Shown one piece after another: positions 9,289-19,955 of a stretch of 64,000 nucleotides of DNA. The first letter of the stretch is position 1. Each line of letters opens with the position of its first letter. Below the pieces are notes generated by a model, which was not told where the DNA came from, made no database searches, and saw nothing but the letters and a program-made list of their open reading frames with translations. Origin of the DNA: an uncultured Thermotogae bacterium (GTDB taxonomy: Bacteria; Thermotogota; Thermotogae; MWEM01); assembly GCA_963667315.1 (NCBI GenBank), contig OY763325.1, positions 1,755,271 to 1,819,270 on the forward strand, written 5' to 3'. The translations under genes were made by a program, and so were the position numbers.

Positions 9289-10482
9289 TTATACGCCTGC
9301 GTTCTTTCTTAATTCATCTACCATGTCGAGTTTTTCCCATGGGAACTCAACGTCTGTTCTTCCGAAATGACCATATGCAGCTGAATTCCTGTAGATCGGT
9401 TTCTTAAGATCAAGCTGTTGGATAATGGCACCCGGTCTGAAATCAAATGTTTCATTGATAACATCAAGGAGTTTGTTTTCATCAATTTTGGCCGTTCCGT
9501 ATGTATCGATCATCACAGAAACAGGGTTTGCCTTACCAATGGCGTAAGCCAGCTGAATCATGAGTTTGTCGGCAAGTCCGGCTGCTACAACGTTCTTGGC
9601 AACGTATCGTGCCATATAATGAGCGGATCTGTCTACCTTTGTCGGATCCTTTCCGCTGAATGCACCGCCACCGTGGGGAATCCATCCGCCGTAGGTGTCA
9701 ACGATGATCTTTCTTCCCGTCAGTCCCGTATCCCCCTGTGGTCCTCCGATAACAAATCTACCGGTCGGGTTCACAAGAATCTTCATCTCTTCATCTCTGA
9801 GTTCAGCAGGGATGATCGGATCGATAACGAGTTCCGTTACAGCTTTTCTGACTTCTTCATACGGCACATCTTCATGCTGTGTTGAGATGAGAACCGTATC
9901 CACTCTGAAAGGCCTTCCCTGTTCATCGTATTCAACCGTAACCTGTGATTTCCCATCAGGTCTGAGGATGCTTGTCATACCGTCTTTTCTGACTTTTGCC
10001 AATCTCTTTGCCAGTCTGTGTGCCAAAACGATAGGAAGCGGCATATATTCAGGTGTTTCATTTGTCGCATAGCCAAACATCATTCCCTGGTCACCGGCAC
10101 CGAATTTGTTGAGCTCGTCTTCTACTGTTTCTTCGCCATCTTTGAGTTCAATCGCCTTGTCAACTCCCATTGCGATGTCAGGTGACTGTTCGTCAATCGT
10201 GGAAAGAACAGCACAGGTATCCCCGTCAAACCCAAATTTTGCCCTTGTATAACCGATTTCTCTGATCGTTTCTCTGACTATTTTCGGAAAATCTATGTAA
10301 GCCTTCGTTGTAATTTCTCCTGATACGATTGCCATACCTGTTGTAACAAGTGTTTCAACGGCAACCCTGCTGTCAGGATCCTGTTCAATCAATGCATCGA
10401 GAATCGCATCGGAAATCTGATCCGCTACTTTATCCGGGTGACCCTCTGTTACACTTTCACTGCTAAATAATCTTCTTGCCAT
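9289..10482 (-). CDS. metK: S-adenosylmethionine synthetase
   Basis: [44 protein letters not shown]. Confidence 0.98.
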   Translation of the reverse strand: MARRLFSSESVTEGHPDKVADQISDAILDALIEQDPDSRVAVETLVTTGMAIVSGEITTKAYIDFPKIVRETIREIGYTRAKFGFDGDTCAVLSTIDEQSPDIAMGVDKAIELKDGEETVEDELNKFGAGDQGMMFGYATNETPEYMPLPIVLAHRLAKRLAKVRKDGMTSILRPDGKSQVTVEYDEQGRPFRVDTVLISTQHEDVPYEEVRKAVTELVIDPIIPAELRDEEMKILVNPTGRFVIGGPQGDTGLTGRKIIVDTYGGWIPHGGGAFSGKDPTKVDRSAHYMARYVAKNVVAAGLADKLMIQLAYAIGKANPVSVMIDTYGTAKIDENKLLDVINETFDFRPGAIIQQLDLKKPIYRNSAAYGHFGRTDVEFPWEKLDMVDELRKNAGV

Positions 10483-10485
10483 TTT

Positions 10486-10815
10486 CTAAGCCTCCTTATT
10501 TGCTTTTTTGTCTTCGTATTCTTTTTTCGTTAAAAGTTTTCCACCGGTCACCGCATGTTCAAGCTCCGACAGATTCCCTTTTAAATCAAAATGAACGTTA
10601 ATTTTATTCTGACATCTTGCACCGATGAGCTCTTTCTGAATCTCATATTCTCCCGCCGTTTTACCATATGTTCTAAACAGTTCAGAATGCTTTCTGACGA
10701 TTACTTTAAACAGTTCATGACATTTCTCACATTCAACATAAAATGTCAGGAGATTTCCATCGTTGTAGATGTATCGCTCTTTCTTCTCTTTCTTCAGGAA
10801 GTCAAACAGACCCAT
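10486..10815 (-). CDS. Hypothetical protein, possible Zn-binding (CxxC...C)
   Basis: 109-aa ORF with VECEKCHE and ARCQN; 3-4 nt spacing to both neighbours. Confidence 0.75.
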   Translation of the reverse strand: MGLFDFLKKEKKERYIYNDGNLLTFYVECEKCHELFKVIVRKHSELFRTYGKTAGEYEIQKELIGARCQNKINVHFDLKGNLSELEHAVTGGKLLTKKEYEDKKANKEA

Positions 10816-10819
10816 TTTT

Positions 10820-11800
10820 TCACCTTCTTTTCAACCAGAATACGGTACTTTCAAGATTCCCAAAAACATCCGTTACCGTTATTTCGACTTTAATTTTATC
10901 ATTAAAGACGTCCATATTTCTAATTTCGTTCATTACAATTGGTTTACTCATCCAGGGGGTTGTTAGTCTGTACCAAAATGTCTGATGATTTGTCCCCTCT
11001 CCATATATTCTCATCGCCGTGTCACTTTGTCCCAGTGCTATCTGATCCATCTCGATCATCAATACCGTTTTGTCGTCAAATGTCACTTCCATCTTCTGAA
11101 TGGCAAATTTAAATTCTTCCAGCTCCGAATAATTATCAATCAGTATATCGACGGAAGGCTTTTTACCCGTATACGGATATTGTATCCCGGGTTGATAATT
11201 ATATTCCTCCATGTTTACACGAATCTTTCTGAATTTTATCTGATAATTCCGATCCTTCAAATCGATGGCGATCACGTTCATCGGATTCAGAGTGATATCA
11301 TCCTCAAGATCAACAACTTCGACATGACTGTACGGGATCCCGCTTCTTCCGGAAACACCGGAGTAACCGATGATGTCTCCCTGTTCTACTTTAAATTCAT
11401 ACGGTTCAAACGCCAGTTCAAGAACGCCGCTGCTGAACTCTATATTTACCGCATCGAATATCTTCATAAACTCACCCTTGAGCTTAAAAAGATTGGTATA
11501 TCTGCTCTGTATGCCTTCCCCATGATTGATAAATATTCCGGTACCGTATACGGGATCATTTCGGATAACTTTTTCAATATAGCCATCAGCCATACATCTT
11601 ATCCCAACGCCAACCTTCTCACCAGTCGAAATACCCAATCCAAGCGAATATTCAAGCGATGTTAAATCACTTGTCATCCTCGCACTGCCATAGACCGAAA
11701 CCAATTTTACACCTTCTTCAACCGGATTGATAAAACCGGAAAAGGCATTTGAAAAGCTCAACATTAAAATAAATAAACACAGAACCAAACGACGCATCAA
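10820..11800 (-). CDS. Secreted M23/LytM-like protein with degenerate active site
   Basis: Signal peptide; ADGYI, YG..IFINH, VEQGDIIGYSG.SG; Zn ligands replaced. Confidence 0.8.
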   Translation of the reverse strand: MMRRLVLCLFILMLSFSNAFSGFINPVEEGVKLVSVYGSARMTSDLTSLEYSLGLGISTGEKVGVGIRCMADGYIEKVIRNDPVYGTGIFINHGEGIQSRYTNLFKLKGEFMKIFDAVNIEFSSGVLELAFEPYEFKVEQGDIIGYSGVSGRSGIPYSHVEVVDLEDDITLNPMNVIAIDLKDRNYQIKFRKIRVNMEEYNYQPGIQYPYTGKKPSVDILIDNYSELEEFKFAIQKMEVTFDDKTVLMIEMDQIALGQSDTAMRIYGEGTNHQTFWYRLTTPWMSKPIVMNEIRNMDVFNDKIKVEITVTDVFGNLESTVFWLKRR

Positions 11801-11812
11801 TCATCACCTATA

Positions 11813-11844
11813 TGACAAGAGACGGGAGTTCTCCCGTCTCGTCA
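11813..11844 (-). terminator. Terminator-like hairpin after rpsB
   Basis: GAGACGGGAG-TT-CTCCCGTCTC with outer TGAC/GTCA. Confidence 0.7.
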
Positions 11845-11912
11845 AATTACAATATTTATATCAGTCCCTGAGAGTCGACCTCTCAGACATCCTTATTCTC
11901 TGCAATTCTTAA

Positions 11913-12686
11913 TTATTTGCCTGCTTTTTCTTCTTCTGCTGCTTCTGCAACTTCTTCAGTTGCTTCTGACTGTGCAGCTGCTGCCTTTTCTGCTTCTTTC
12001 ACATAGCCTTCTCTACCTTCTATGTAAGCATCGGCAATCTTGGATGTCATAAGTCTGATAGCTCTTATTGCATCATCGTTACCAGGAATGATGTAATCGA
12101 TAACATCAGGATCACAATTTGTATCAACTGTAGCGATTATAGGAATCTTAAGATGGTTTGCTTCTGCAACCGCAATTTCTTCCTTCTTAGGATCTACAAT
12201 CCAGATTAAATCAGGAACATCTTTCATTTCCTTTACACCGCCAAGGTTCTTGCGCAATTTTTCCAATTTATGTCTGTAAACTGACTGCTGAGCCTTTGGC
12301 ATTGCATCAAATTCTCCGTTTGCTTCCATTTCTTCAAGTTCGATAAGCCTTTTGATTCTGAGCTTGATCGTCTTGAAGTTTGTCATCATCCCACCGAGCC
12401 ATCTGTTATTAACGTAGAATGCGCCACATCTCTTGGCTTCTTCCTCGATAGCCTTTCTTGCCTGTCTCTTCGTTCCAACGAAAAGAATCGTAGCACCTTT
12501 GCCCGCTTCTTCTTTAACGAATTCGTAAGCCACTTCAACCATCTTTAATGTCTTCTGAAGATCAAGGATATGAACACCCTTTCTTGCCGTATAGATGTAC
12601 TCCGACATCTTCGGATCCCATCTCATAGTCCTGTGTCCGAAATGTACACCTGACTCCAGCAACTGTTTCATTGATATTACTGCCAT
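11913..12686 (-). CDS. rpsB: 30S ribosomal protein S2
   Basis: [44 protein letters not shown]. Confidence 0.98.
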   Translation of the reverse strand: MAVISMKQLLESGVHFGHRTMRWDPKMSEYIYTARKGVHILDLQKTLKMVEVAYEFVKEEAGKGATILFVGTKRQARKAIEEEAKRCGAFYVNNRWLGGMMTNFKTIKLRIKRLIELEEMEANGEFDAMPKAQQSVYRHKLEKLRKNLGGVKEMKDVPDLIWIVDPKKEEIAVAEANHLKIPIIATVDTNCDPDVIDYIIPGNDDAIRAIRLMTSKIADAYIEGREGYVKEAEKAAAAQSEATEEVAEAAEEEKAGK

Positions 12687-12689
12687 AAA

Positions 12690-12841
12690 GCACCTCCGTA
12701 TTTTTGGTTAATCCGCCACCCACCTTCACCCTCCTTACTCCCACCGGGAGCACCAAGAAGGGAAACGAACCTCATTTAAGGGGTCTCGAACGACTTTCAG
12801 ACAAGCCAAAACTCATCCGAATGGATGTGAGAATTTTATCC
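12690..12841 (-). ncRNA. rpsB 5' leader (t44/S2 autoregulatory RNA-like)
   Basis: ~150-nt leader with CTCACA near the 5' end, central GGTGC, GGTGGCGG..AACC before the GGAGG SD; this layout is typical of rpsB leaders. Confidence 0.65.
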
Positions 12842-12846
12842 GGGGT

Positions 12847-12875
12847 ATTATAGCAGAAAGCTCCGTTAATGTCAA
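12847..12875 (-). promoter_or_regulatory. sigma70-type promoter of rpsB
   Basis: Minus strand TTGACA-17nt-TATAAT followed by a GC-rich discriminator. Confidence 0.85.
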
Positions 12876-13055
12876 CTGATACCCTTTATATTCTCATTCT
12901 TTGTCTTTCTTTTGAATAAAGGGGTTCGAGGGATTTGTCATATTGCGCGACTCTATTGTATTTTTACAGAATATGTTGGGTGAGATGCCACCAAAGATTC
13001 CCCGATATTTGTGTTATAATTTTACTATATATAAAAACACTGCAGAGGTGGTTTT

Positions 13056-14429
13056 TTGATACAGATTTTCTATAATATTGATGCGCTTGCTACAATGGAT
13101 GAAAAGAGAAATGAGTTTACAAAAGGCTACATCATCGTTGAAGATAGTCTCATCATGGAAGTGGGATCCGGGGATGTTGATTTTTCACGTTTCGATGACT
13201 ACGCGTCACACGATATGTCGGGAACCTGCTGTATTCCCGGACTCGTCAACACGCATCATCACCTCTTCCAATCCATGTTCAGAAACGTTAAAGGGGCACA
13301 GAATGCCAAACTTTTTGACTGGCTGGTCTTTCTTTACGAAAGATGGAAGCATATAAAGGACAAGGAAATATACAATGCGGCTCTCGTCGGTATATACGAA
13401 ATGATGAAAACGGGTGTCACAACCACTTCGGATATGTTTTATCTGCATCCGAAAGGAACGGAGAAGCTATTCGATACGGAAATTGAAGCGGGAAAGAGAA
13501 CAGGTGTACGGTTTCACCCCTGCCGCGGCAGTATGTCTCTCAGCAGGAAAGATGGCGGATTGCCACCGGATTCTGTTGTTCAAACCGAGGATCAGATCAT
13601 GGCGGACTGTGAACGGGTCGTCAACAAATATCATGATGCTTCAAAAGGGTCTATGCTCAGGGTAGCGCTGGCACCCTGCAGTCCCTTTTCCGTCACCGAA
13701 TCCCTCATGACCGAAACGGTTAAGATGGCGGAGGCATACGATCTGCTCATCCACACACATCTCGCTGAAACCCGGGACGAAGATGCGTATTGCCTTGAAA
13801 AAGTCGGCCTCAAACCGGTTGACTACATGGAAAAACTGGGATGGCTGAACCCGCGTGCATGGTTTGCCCATTGTGTATGGATGAATGATGATGAGATCAG
13901 ACGTTTTGCCGAAAATAAAGTCGGTGTATCGCATTGTCCCGTTTCAAACATGCGATTGGGATCCGGCACGGCACCGATCGTTGAGATGCTCAAATATCAC
14001 GAAATCCGCGTTTCACTCGCTGTGGATGGCAGTGCCAGTAACGACACGGGAAACATGATCGGTGAACTCAGAAGTGCTTTGATGCTTCAGCGGGTTTCAA
14101 AAGGGGCTGATTGCATCACACCGCGCGAGGTCCTGGAAATGGGAACACTTGGCGGGGCCAAGGTATTGGGAATGGATGATTATATCGGGTCTCTTGAAAA
14201 GGGAAAGTCGGCTGATTTTATATTCTTCAGAATTGACACCCTGGAGATGGCGGGTGGAATATCCGACCCGATTTCAGCGTTAATATTATGTAATCCCGGT
14301 AATGTTTATCTATCCGTCATTAATGGAAATATCCGAATAAAAGAAGGGGAGATTATTGAAGATAATCTCAACGAACTCATCGCGAATCAGAACGCCATGC
14401 TCTCGGCGATTCTGAGAAAAGAACTGTAA
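13056..14429 (+). CDS. 8-oxoguanine deaminase-like amidohydrolase
   Basis: NTHHHLFQ, PCSPFSV, HTHLAE, AHCV, DGSASND; upstream TGTTATAAT and GAGGTG SD. Confidence 0.88.
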   Translation: MIQIFYNIDALATMDEKRNEFTKGYIIVEDSLIMEVGSGDVDFSRFDDYASHDMSGTCCIPGLVNTHHHLFQSMFRNVKGAQNAKLFDWLVFLYERWKHIKDKEIYNAALVGIYEMMKTGVTTTSDMFYLHPKGTEKLFDTEIEAGKRTGVRFHPCRGSMSLSRKDGGLPPDSVVQTEDQIMADCERVVNKYHDASKGSMLRVALAPCSPFSVTESLMTETVKMAEAYDLLIHTHLAETRDEDAYCLEKVGLKPVDYMEKLGWLNPRAWFAHCVWMNDDEIRRFAENKVGVSHCPVSNMRLGSGTAPIVEMLKYHEIRVSLAVDGSASNDTGNMIGELRSALMLQRVSKGADCITPREVLEMGTLGGAKVLGMDDYIGSLEKGKSADFIFFRIDTLEMAGGISDPISALILCNPGNVYLSVINGNIRIKEGEIIEDNLNELIANQNAMLSAILRKEL

Positions 14430-14433
14430 AGGG

Positions 14434-16194
14434 GTGATTGTTATCAATCAAATCATCAAGTATATTGGAACCCCAAGATTATACGCTGAAATACTGGGTT
14501 ATCTCGACAGAGTTGCAAAATCAGGCGGTTGCTTTTTTAAGAATAAGATTGCCCAAAACAACGACAGTGCCTGGATGGTTGAAGATGCCTACAACATATC
14601 GCCTAAAAAGTACGCTTATGATTCCTTTGAAGAGCTCGAAGAGGAACTGAGCGTTTATTTTCATTATTCCTTCTACGATGATACACAGTTATTCGTCGAA
14701 AAGGAACTCGATATGGAGACCTTGGAATTCATCAACAAACTGATGGAGATTCAGAGTCTTTACAGTGTCAGTGCGGAAAAAGATATGGAAATCGCTAAAC
14801 TTACCTACAGTATGACGGGAATCGAAACGATTATGACGTCACTCCTGGAACCAATCCCCACAGAAGATCTGATGACCATACTTTGTGACGCTTTTGGTGA
14901 ATTACTCCTTTCTTCAAGTGCGCTTTACGGTCTTGAAGGAAACAATTATATGCTCAAGCATAATCATGGGTTTGCGGAAAAGATTGAAACCGTCGTAAAA
15001 ACAGATAAAAACAGCTCAACGATTACTTTTGCCTTCCCTACCAACATCAACAGGAATCAGCTCTATCCGGAGATGGAAAAATTGAATCAAATCTATCAGT
15101 CCTTATACGCGATTCCGATTCAAATTGATGAAGAAATCAGATATTTTATTCTGATGGGAAGAAATGAGGGGTATTCCGATTCGGAGAAGGTCATCATCAA
15201 CAGCTTGAGTCATCTCGCTTCAAAGATCATTGATTATCAGGCATTGAGAATGACTTCCAGAGAGGAAAAATCGGAGCTGAACCGGAGTATTTTCAGACTG
15301 GAGGCCTTCTATAAAGGACTGGAATATCTATTCTCAATACAGCAAATTGATCAATTCTGTGATAATCTCGAAGATATGATCAAGGAAATCTTTCAAACCA
15401 GCAAGGTGTCACTATTTGTCAGAAAAAGCTGGGGAAATTTACTCTGGGGTCATAAACTTGAAGATTTCAAACAGGCTTTAACGATCAAATACAACACCGT
15501 TTGGGATGAATATGATCTGGCTGTTCCCAACCAGCGAGAAGCCATTGAGGACGATTTCGGAAATCTGAAACCCTATTTCAAGAACCTGGAAGCTTCCGAT
15601 GATCTGCCCAGTTTCGCCTCAATCATAAGAGGGCTCGATGGCAATATACTCGGTGTTCTTTTCATGTATGACTTTAATCAGAGAGACCGCGAATTTCTGT
15701 ATATGGTCTCCGGTATGGCCGGACTCGTTCTCGAACTTCTCCTTGCACATAACGATTTCACTTCCGTCCTGCACTCATACGAGGAAGTCATGGATGCCTT
15801 TCAAAGTGCCAACAGATTGTACGAGAAAATCGCAAGCTGCAAAGGGGCGAATGACTTTTATGACATCATGAAAAAGGGCTTGATCAAGCATTTCGATATC
15901 AAGAATATGTTTATCGCCTTTCACGCAGAAGGTCATTTAAAGAGTATCCCGGAAAAACTTGAAGAGGATATTGCCGGATATTTTGAGGAGTATTTTGGTG
16001 AAAATTACTCGGATATCGGCATCAGAGAAAGAGCTAACGGTGAACTCTTGTTCATGCTCCCGATTCCGGTGAAGTCAAAGCAGGTTCTGATTGCATTCGA
16101 TGGAGAGGATAACCCTAAATTGAATGTTTTGCTGCAGCTGATGCAACTTGGATTCCAGGACAAACTCGCCTCAATACTCGAAGATGGAGAATAA
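14434..16194 (+). CDS. Hypothetical protein with two or three GAF-like domains and no recognisable output domain
   Basis: GAF-terminal signatures YAIPI..YFILMGR.EGYSDSEK and GNILGVLFMYDFNQRDREFL; 4 nt from the upstream stop. Confidence 0.6.
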   Translation: MIVINQIIKYIGTPRLYAEILGYLDRVAKSGGCFFKNKIAQNNDSAWMVEDAYNISPKKYAYDSFEELEEELSVYFHYSFYDDTQLFVEKELDMETLEFINKLMEIQSLYSVSAEKDMEIAKLTYSMTGIETIMTSLLEPIPTEDLMTILCDAFGELLLSSSALYGLEGNNYMLKHNHGFAEKIETVVKTDKNSSTITFAFPTNINRNQLYPEMEKLNQIYQSLYAIPIQIDEEIRYFILMGRNEGYSDSEKVIINSLSHLASKIIDYQALRMTSREEKSELNRSIFRLEAFYKGLEYLFSIQQIDQFCDNLEDMIKEIFQTSKVSLFVRKSWGNLLWGHKLEDFKQALTIKYNTVWDEYDLAVPNQREAIEDDFGNLKPYFKNLEASDDLPSFASIIRGLDGNILGVLFMYDFNQRDREFLYMVSGMAGLVLELLLAHNDFTSVLHSYEEVMDAFQSANRLYEKIASCKGANDFYDIMKKGLIKHFDIKNMFIAFHAEGHLKSIPEKLEEDIAGYFEEYFGENYSDIGIRERANGELLFMLPIPVKSKQVLIAFDGEDNPKLNVLLQLMQLGFQDKLASILEDGE

Positions 16195-16207
16195 CGGGAG
16201 GAATCAT

Positions 16208-18508
16208 ATGAACAATTTCAAATCAATCGGAAAAAAAACAAACAGACTCGAAGGACCGGAAAAAGTCTGTGGCACGTCAAAATATATCAAAGATCTTGAG
16301 TTCCCCAATATGGTTTACGTTGCGATTGCGACCGCTGGAGTGGCACACGGGGTCTTAAAATCCATCGATATCGAAACGGCAAGACAGCAGCCGGGGGTCA
16401 TCGATGTGCTCACCTACGAGGCTATTCCCGGTGAAAACCAGATGGGGGATATCGTTCCTGATTACCCCGCTCTGCTCAAGCCGGGTGATAAGATCACATA
16501 TGTGGGAGATTATGTCGCCTATATCGCAGCGGAAACCCCTGAACTGGCGAGACGTGCCGCAAAAAAAGTAAGGGTTGACTATGATGAACTGCCCCCTGTT
16601 TTGGAAATCGAGGCGGCTTTGAAGGATACCGTTCAAATACACGGAAAAAGCAATGTCAACACCCATTATGTCGTCCGGAAGGGTGAAGATGACCCCGAGA
16701 AGATGTTTGAGGATTGTGATCTGATCCTTGAGGAAACCTTTTTCGCCGACTATCAGGAACAGGCTTATCTGGAACCGCAAGGCGTCATTGCGGTTATCGA
16801 TATCAACAACATCTTCACCATCTACGGCTCCATGCAATGTCCCTATTATGTACAGAATGGTGTTGCGGAAGTACTGGGGATTCCCTATTCGGAAGTCCGT
16901 GTCATTCAAACGGAAACCGGTGGCGGCTTCGGCGGAAAAGAGGATGTGCCGTCTTATTTTGCCATTCCGGCAGCCATCGTTGCCAACAAACTAAAACGTC
17001 CGGCAAAACTCTGTCTCAACAGAGAAGAGGATTTACAGCTTACCAGTAAAAGACATCCGATAAAGTCAACTTACAAGGTCGGTGTAACGGATTACGGAAG
17101 GATCAGAGCGGTAAAGGTCGAGGCGTTTGGAGATATGGGAGCCCATGCAACACTCTCGCCCATCGTATTGTGGCGAAGTGTTGTTCATGCGGCCGGAGCG
17201 TATGATATCAAAAATGTCTGTGTGGATGTTTACGGTGTTTACACCAACAAGGTGCCATGTGGTGCCTACAGAGGGTTCGGTTCTCCACAGGTGTTCTTCG
17301 CGATGGAAGCCATGGTGGATATGCTCGCCGACAAACTCGGTATGGACAGAGTCTATTTCAGAGAGATAAATGCACTCGAAAAAGGCAGGATGACGCCTAC
17401 CGGTCATATCCTGAATGAAGCGATCGGGGCAAAGGAAACCATCACAAAACTCAGGGACAGTTCTGACTGGCAAAAACTTCAGCAGGAAGTTGAGGCGTTC
17501 AACAGAAATCATAAATATATCAAGAGGGGCCTGGGCGTTTCTCATATTCATTACGGTGTGGCTCTTGGAGCAATGGGACAGCGGCTTGATGCCAGCGGTG
17601 CATTTGTACAGATCTTTAAAGACGGGTCGATCGGCATACAAATCGGCGGAACGGAGATGGGGCAGGGCGCGAAAACGACGATGGCACTTATCGCTTCCGA
17701 AGTTCTCGGTCAGAAAACCGACAGGATAAAGGTATATCAGCCCGATACGGCTTTCGTTCCCGACAGCGGTCCAACCGTAGCTTCACGAACAACTCTTTTC
17801 AGTGGAAATGCCGTTAAACTGGCTTCGGAAAAGCTGCTGGAAAAGATGAAAATGATGGTCGCGGAAAGATTCTCGATCATACCTGAAAAAGTTGAAGTTG
17901 AAGAGGGTATCTATTTCAACACCGACAATCAAGAGGAAAAGATGACGTTCGATGAACTCGCCGCTCTCGGTGACACCGATAATCAGGGCCTGTCTGCAAC
18001 CGGCTGGTTCAAAACGCCTAAACTCAATTGGGATACCAAAAAAGGATTTGGAGAGGCATATGTCACCTATTCGTTCGCCACCAACATCGTAGAAGTGGAA
18101 GTTGACCTCCTGACCGCCCATGTTCAGGTTCTGAAAGCCTATGCCGGACACGACGTCGGAAGGGCCATCAATATCGACGGTATTTACGGACAGGTCCAGG
18201 GTGGTTTTGTTCAGGGAATGGGATATGCCTTGTATGAAAAGCTTAAACACGATAAAGCGGGAAATCTTATCACGGACAATTTCAACACACTCACCATCCC
18301 GACGATTCACGAGATGCCGGAATTTGGTGTCGAGATTGTTGAAGCTCCCTTTTCAAAGGGGCCTTTCGGAGCCAAAGGAATCGGTGAACCGGCACTCATA
18401 CCGGCTCCCGCTGCCGTTGCCAACGCCGTTTCAAATGCCATCGGCAAGAGGGTTACGGAGATTCCGATCACAAAAGATTATCTACTGGATCTCATCGATC
18501 AAGATTAA
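16208..18508 (+). CDS. Xanthine dehydrogenase family molybdopterin-binding subunit
   Basis: QAYLEP, GGGFGGK, AYRGFG, TEMGQG, TVASR, AKGIGE; GGAGG SD puts the start at ATG 16208. Confidence 0.92.
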   Translation: MNNFKSIGKKTNRLEGPEKVCGTSKYIKDLEFPNMVYVAIATAGVAHGVLKSIDIETARQQPGVIDVLTYEAIPGENQMGDIVPDYPALLKPGDKITYVGDYVAYIAAETPELARRAAKKVRVDYDELPPVLEIEAALKDTVQIHGKSNVNTHYVVRKGEDDPEKMFEDCDLILEETFFADYQEQAYLEPQGVIAVIDINNIFTIYGSMQCPYYVQNGVAEVLGIPYSEVRVIQTETGGGFGGKEDVPSYFAIPAAIVANKLKRPAKLCLNREEDLQLTSKRHPIKSTYKVGVTDYGRIRAVKVEAFGDMGAHATLSPIVLWRSVVHAAGAYDIKNVCVDVYGVYTNKVPCGAYRGFGSPQVFFAMEAMVDMLADKLGMDRVYFREINALEKGRMTPTGHILNEAIGAKETITKLRDSSDWQKLQQEVEAFNRNHKYIKRGLGVSHIHYGVALGAMGQRLDASGAFVQIFKDGSIGIQIGGTEMGQGAKTTMALIASEVLGQKTDRIKVYQPDTAFVPDSGPTVASRTTLFSGNAVKLASEKLLEKMKMMVAERFSIIPEKVEVEEGIYFNTDNQEEKMTFDELAALGDTDNQGLSATGWFKTPKLNWDTKKGFGEAYVTYSFATNIVEVEVDLLTAHVQVLKAYAGHDVGRAINIDGIYGQVQGGFVQGMGYALYEKLKHDKAGNLITDNFNTLTIPTIHEMPEFGVEIVEAPFSKGPFGAKGIGEPALIPAPAAVANAVSNAIGKRVTEIPITKDYLLDLIDQD

Positions 18509-18552
18509 ATCATAATAAAATAAAGCGTCGGGCTTGTCTCTTCCCGGCAAAT

Positions 18553-18588
18553 AAAAAAGGCTGAAGTTTGATATCTTCAGCCTTTTTT
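18553..18588. terminator. Bidirectional intrinsic terminator
   Basis: AAAAAAGGCTGAAG-N8-CTTCAGCCTTTTTT. Confidence 0.88.
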
Positions 18589-18615
18589 GTCGCTTGAAAT
18601 CATCTCAACCGCAAA

Positions 18616-19659
18616 TTATGGAATAAGCTCATAACCCGGTATGGGATTCTGCTGATTGATAATCAGGTAGGGATAAGAACGATATCCCCCCTCTTCAATC
18701 GCCCAGACCGCTTGAAGATCCCAGTTAGCAGCTTCAAAGGTCTGTTTGCTTTTCATCTCCAGTGTTGATTTACCCCGGCCATCATCGGGAAGACCCGGTG
18801 CCATTTCATTATCCCAGAAACTGTTCTGAATTGCACTTAATACATTGCTGCCTTCAAAACCGTTCACAGAATTACCACCGGAAACAGAACCCGCAGCGTA
18901 ACAATTCTCCACAGTTGAATTATTCGAACGTCCCGTAAAACCACCTGCGGAATCTCCACCGGAAACAGAACCCGTCGTATAACAGTTTTCAATCCGGCTG
19001 TTGTTGATCAGCCAGCCCACCAAACCACCGATAATGTAATCAGCCGAAACGCTTACCGTTGAATAACAGTTTTTGATCATCGCATTGTCAACTACTCCGA
19101 GCATTCCACCCACATATGACTGCCCGAAGACGGTTCCCGTCGTGTAACAGTTTTCAATCGTTCCGTTTTCATATTTTCCAACGAGTGCTCCGGTCGAATT
19201 CTTCCCGGTTATGGTTGCATTCTCAAGGGCAATATGTGTAATAGAAGCCTGAGCAGTCCATCCAAACAGCCCAACATAATTTTGTCCGCCTCTATTTACG
19301 ATCAGATCCGCTATCTTATAACCGTTTCCATCATAGCTGCCCTTAAAATTTTCTGAAAAAGTTCCAAGCGGCAACCAGCCTTTTCCATCGTTTGATCCGC
19401 CACCGGCATAGTCATCGTATCCCTCGGTATTTGACGACAAATCCGCTACCTGTATAAAATGATCGTTCAGAAAATTCCGTATATTATCCAGTTCTTTCCA
19501 CGATGCAACTTGCCATGGATCTGCAGCTGTCCCGATCCCGCCCGAAAAGCCCGCTGCTTCCGCAGGGTGACCTTCTATTTTTTTCACACAAGATGAAACG
19601 ATCAGAACAAAACTAATAACGACTAAGAGCATTATTGAAATTCTTCTACACCTTTTCAT
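18616..19659 (-). CDS. GLUG-repeat (beta-helix) lipoprotein
   Basis: Lipobox IVSSC; GT.ADPWQV, FKGSYDGNG, VGLFG, repeated GGLVG/IENCY.TG.V units. Confidence 0.85.
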   Translation of the reverse strand: MKRCRRISIMLLVVISFVLIVSSCVKKIEGHPAEAAGFSGGIGTAADPWQVASWKELDNIRNFLNDHFIQVADLSSNTEGYDDYAGGGSNDGKGWLPLGTFSENFKGSYDGNGYKIADLIVNRGGQNYVGLFGWTAQASITHIALENATITGKNSTGALVGKYENGTIENCYTTGTVFGQSYVGGMLGVVDNAMIKNCYSTVSVSADYIIGGLVGWLINNSRIENCYTTGSVSGGDSAGGFTGRSNNSTVENCYAAGSVSGGNSVNGFEGSNVLSAIQNSFWDNEMAPGLPDDGRGKSTLEMKSKQTFEAANWDLQAVWAIEEGGYRSYPYLIINQQNPIPGYELIP

Positions 19660-19892
19660 TATATGTCCCCTCTTTTATAAAAATATTGATATATTTTTTC
19701 TATCAATAATTATTCTATCATTTTATCTTTATTGATAGGTTATATCAACAATCTATTATCATTAATATCCTCTGTATTTATAAAAATCACTTTATCTCTG
19801 TTTAATTTTGCAGAAAGATTCCAAACGAATTTCTGTAGAAGCCTTTTTACAAAAAAGGCTTAAAATTTACAGAATCTCTCGAAGATCAACGA

Positions 19893-19927
19893 AAAAGGGA
19901 AACTGATTTGATTTCAGCTTCCCCTTT
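19893..19927 (-). terminator. Intrinsic terminator of the dpp operon
   Basis: Imperfect AAAGGGAAACTGA..TCAGCTTCCCCTTT stem with A-run; second palindrome AAGCCTTTTT-ACA-AAAAAGGCTT at 19839-19861. Confidence 0.6.
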
Positions 19928-19955
19928 ATTTCAACAATGATATCTTTAAATTGAT

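Noticed and set aside
10483-10520. SAM riboswitch before metK
   Set aside because: metK starts 3 nt after the upstream gene's stop, leaving no leader
12562-12756. 64-aa ORF overlapping the rpsB leader
   Set aside because: Out-of-frame overlap with rpsB; the leader RNA explains the sequence
18870-19160. Direct DNA repeats such as CCACCGGAAACAGAACCCG as a CRISPR or VNTR
   Set aside because: They are in-frame GLUG protein repeats inside a CDS
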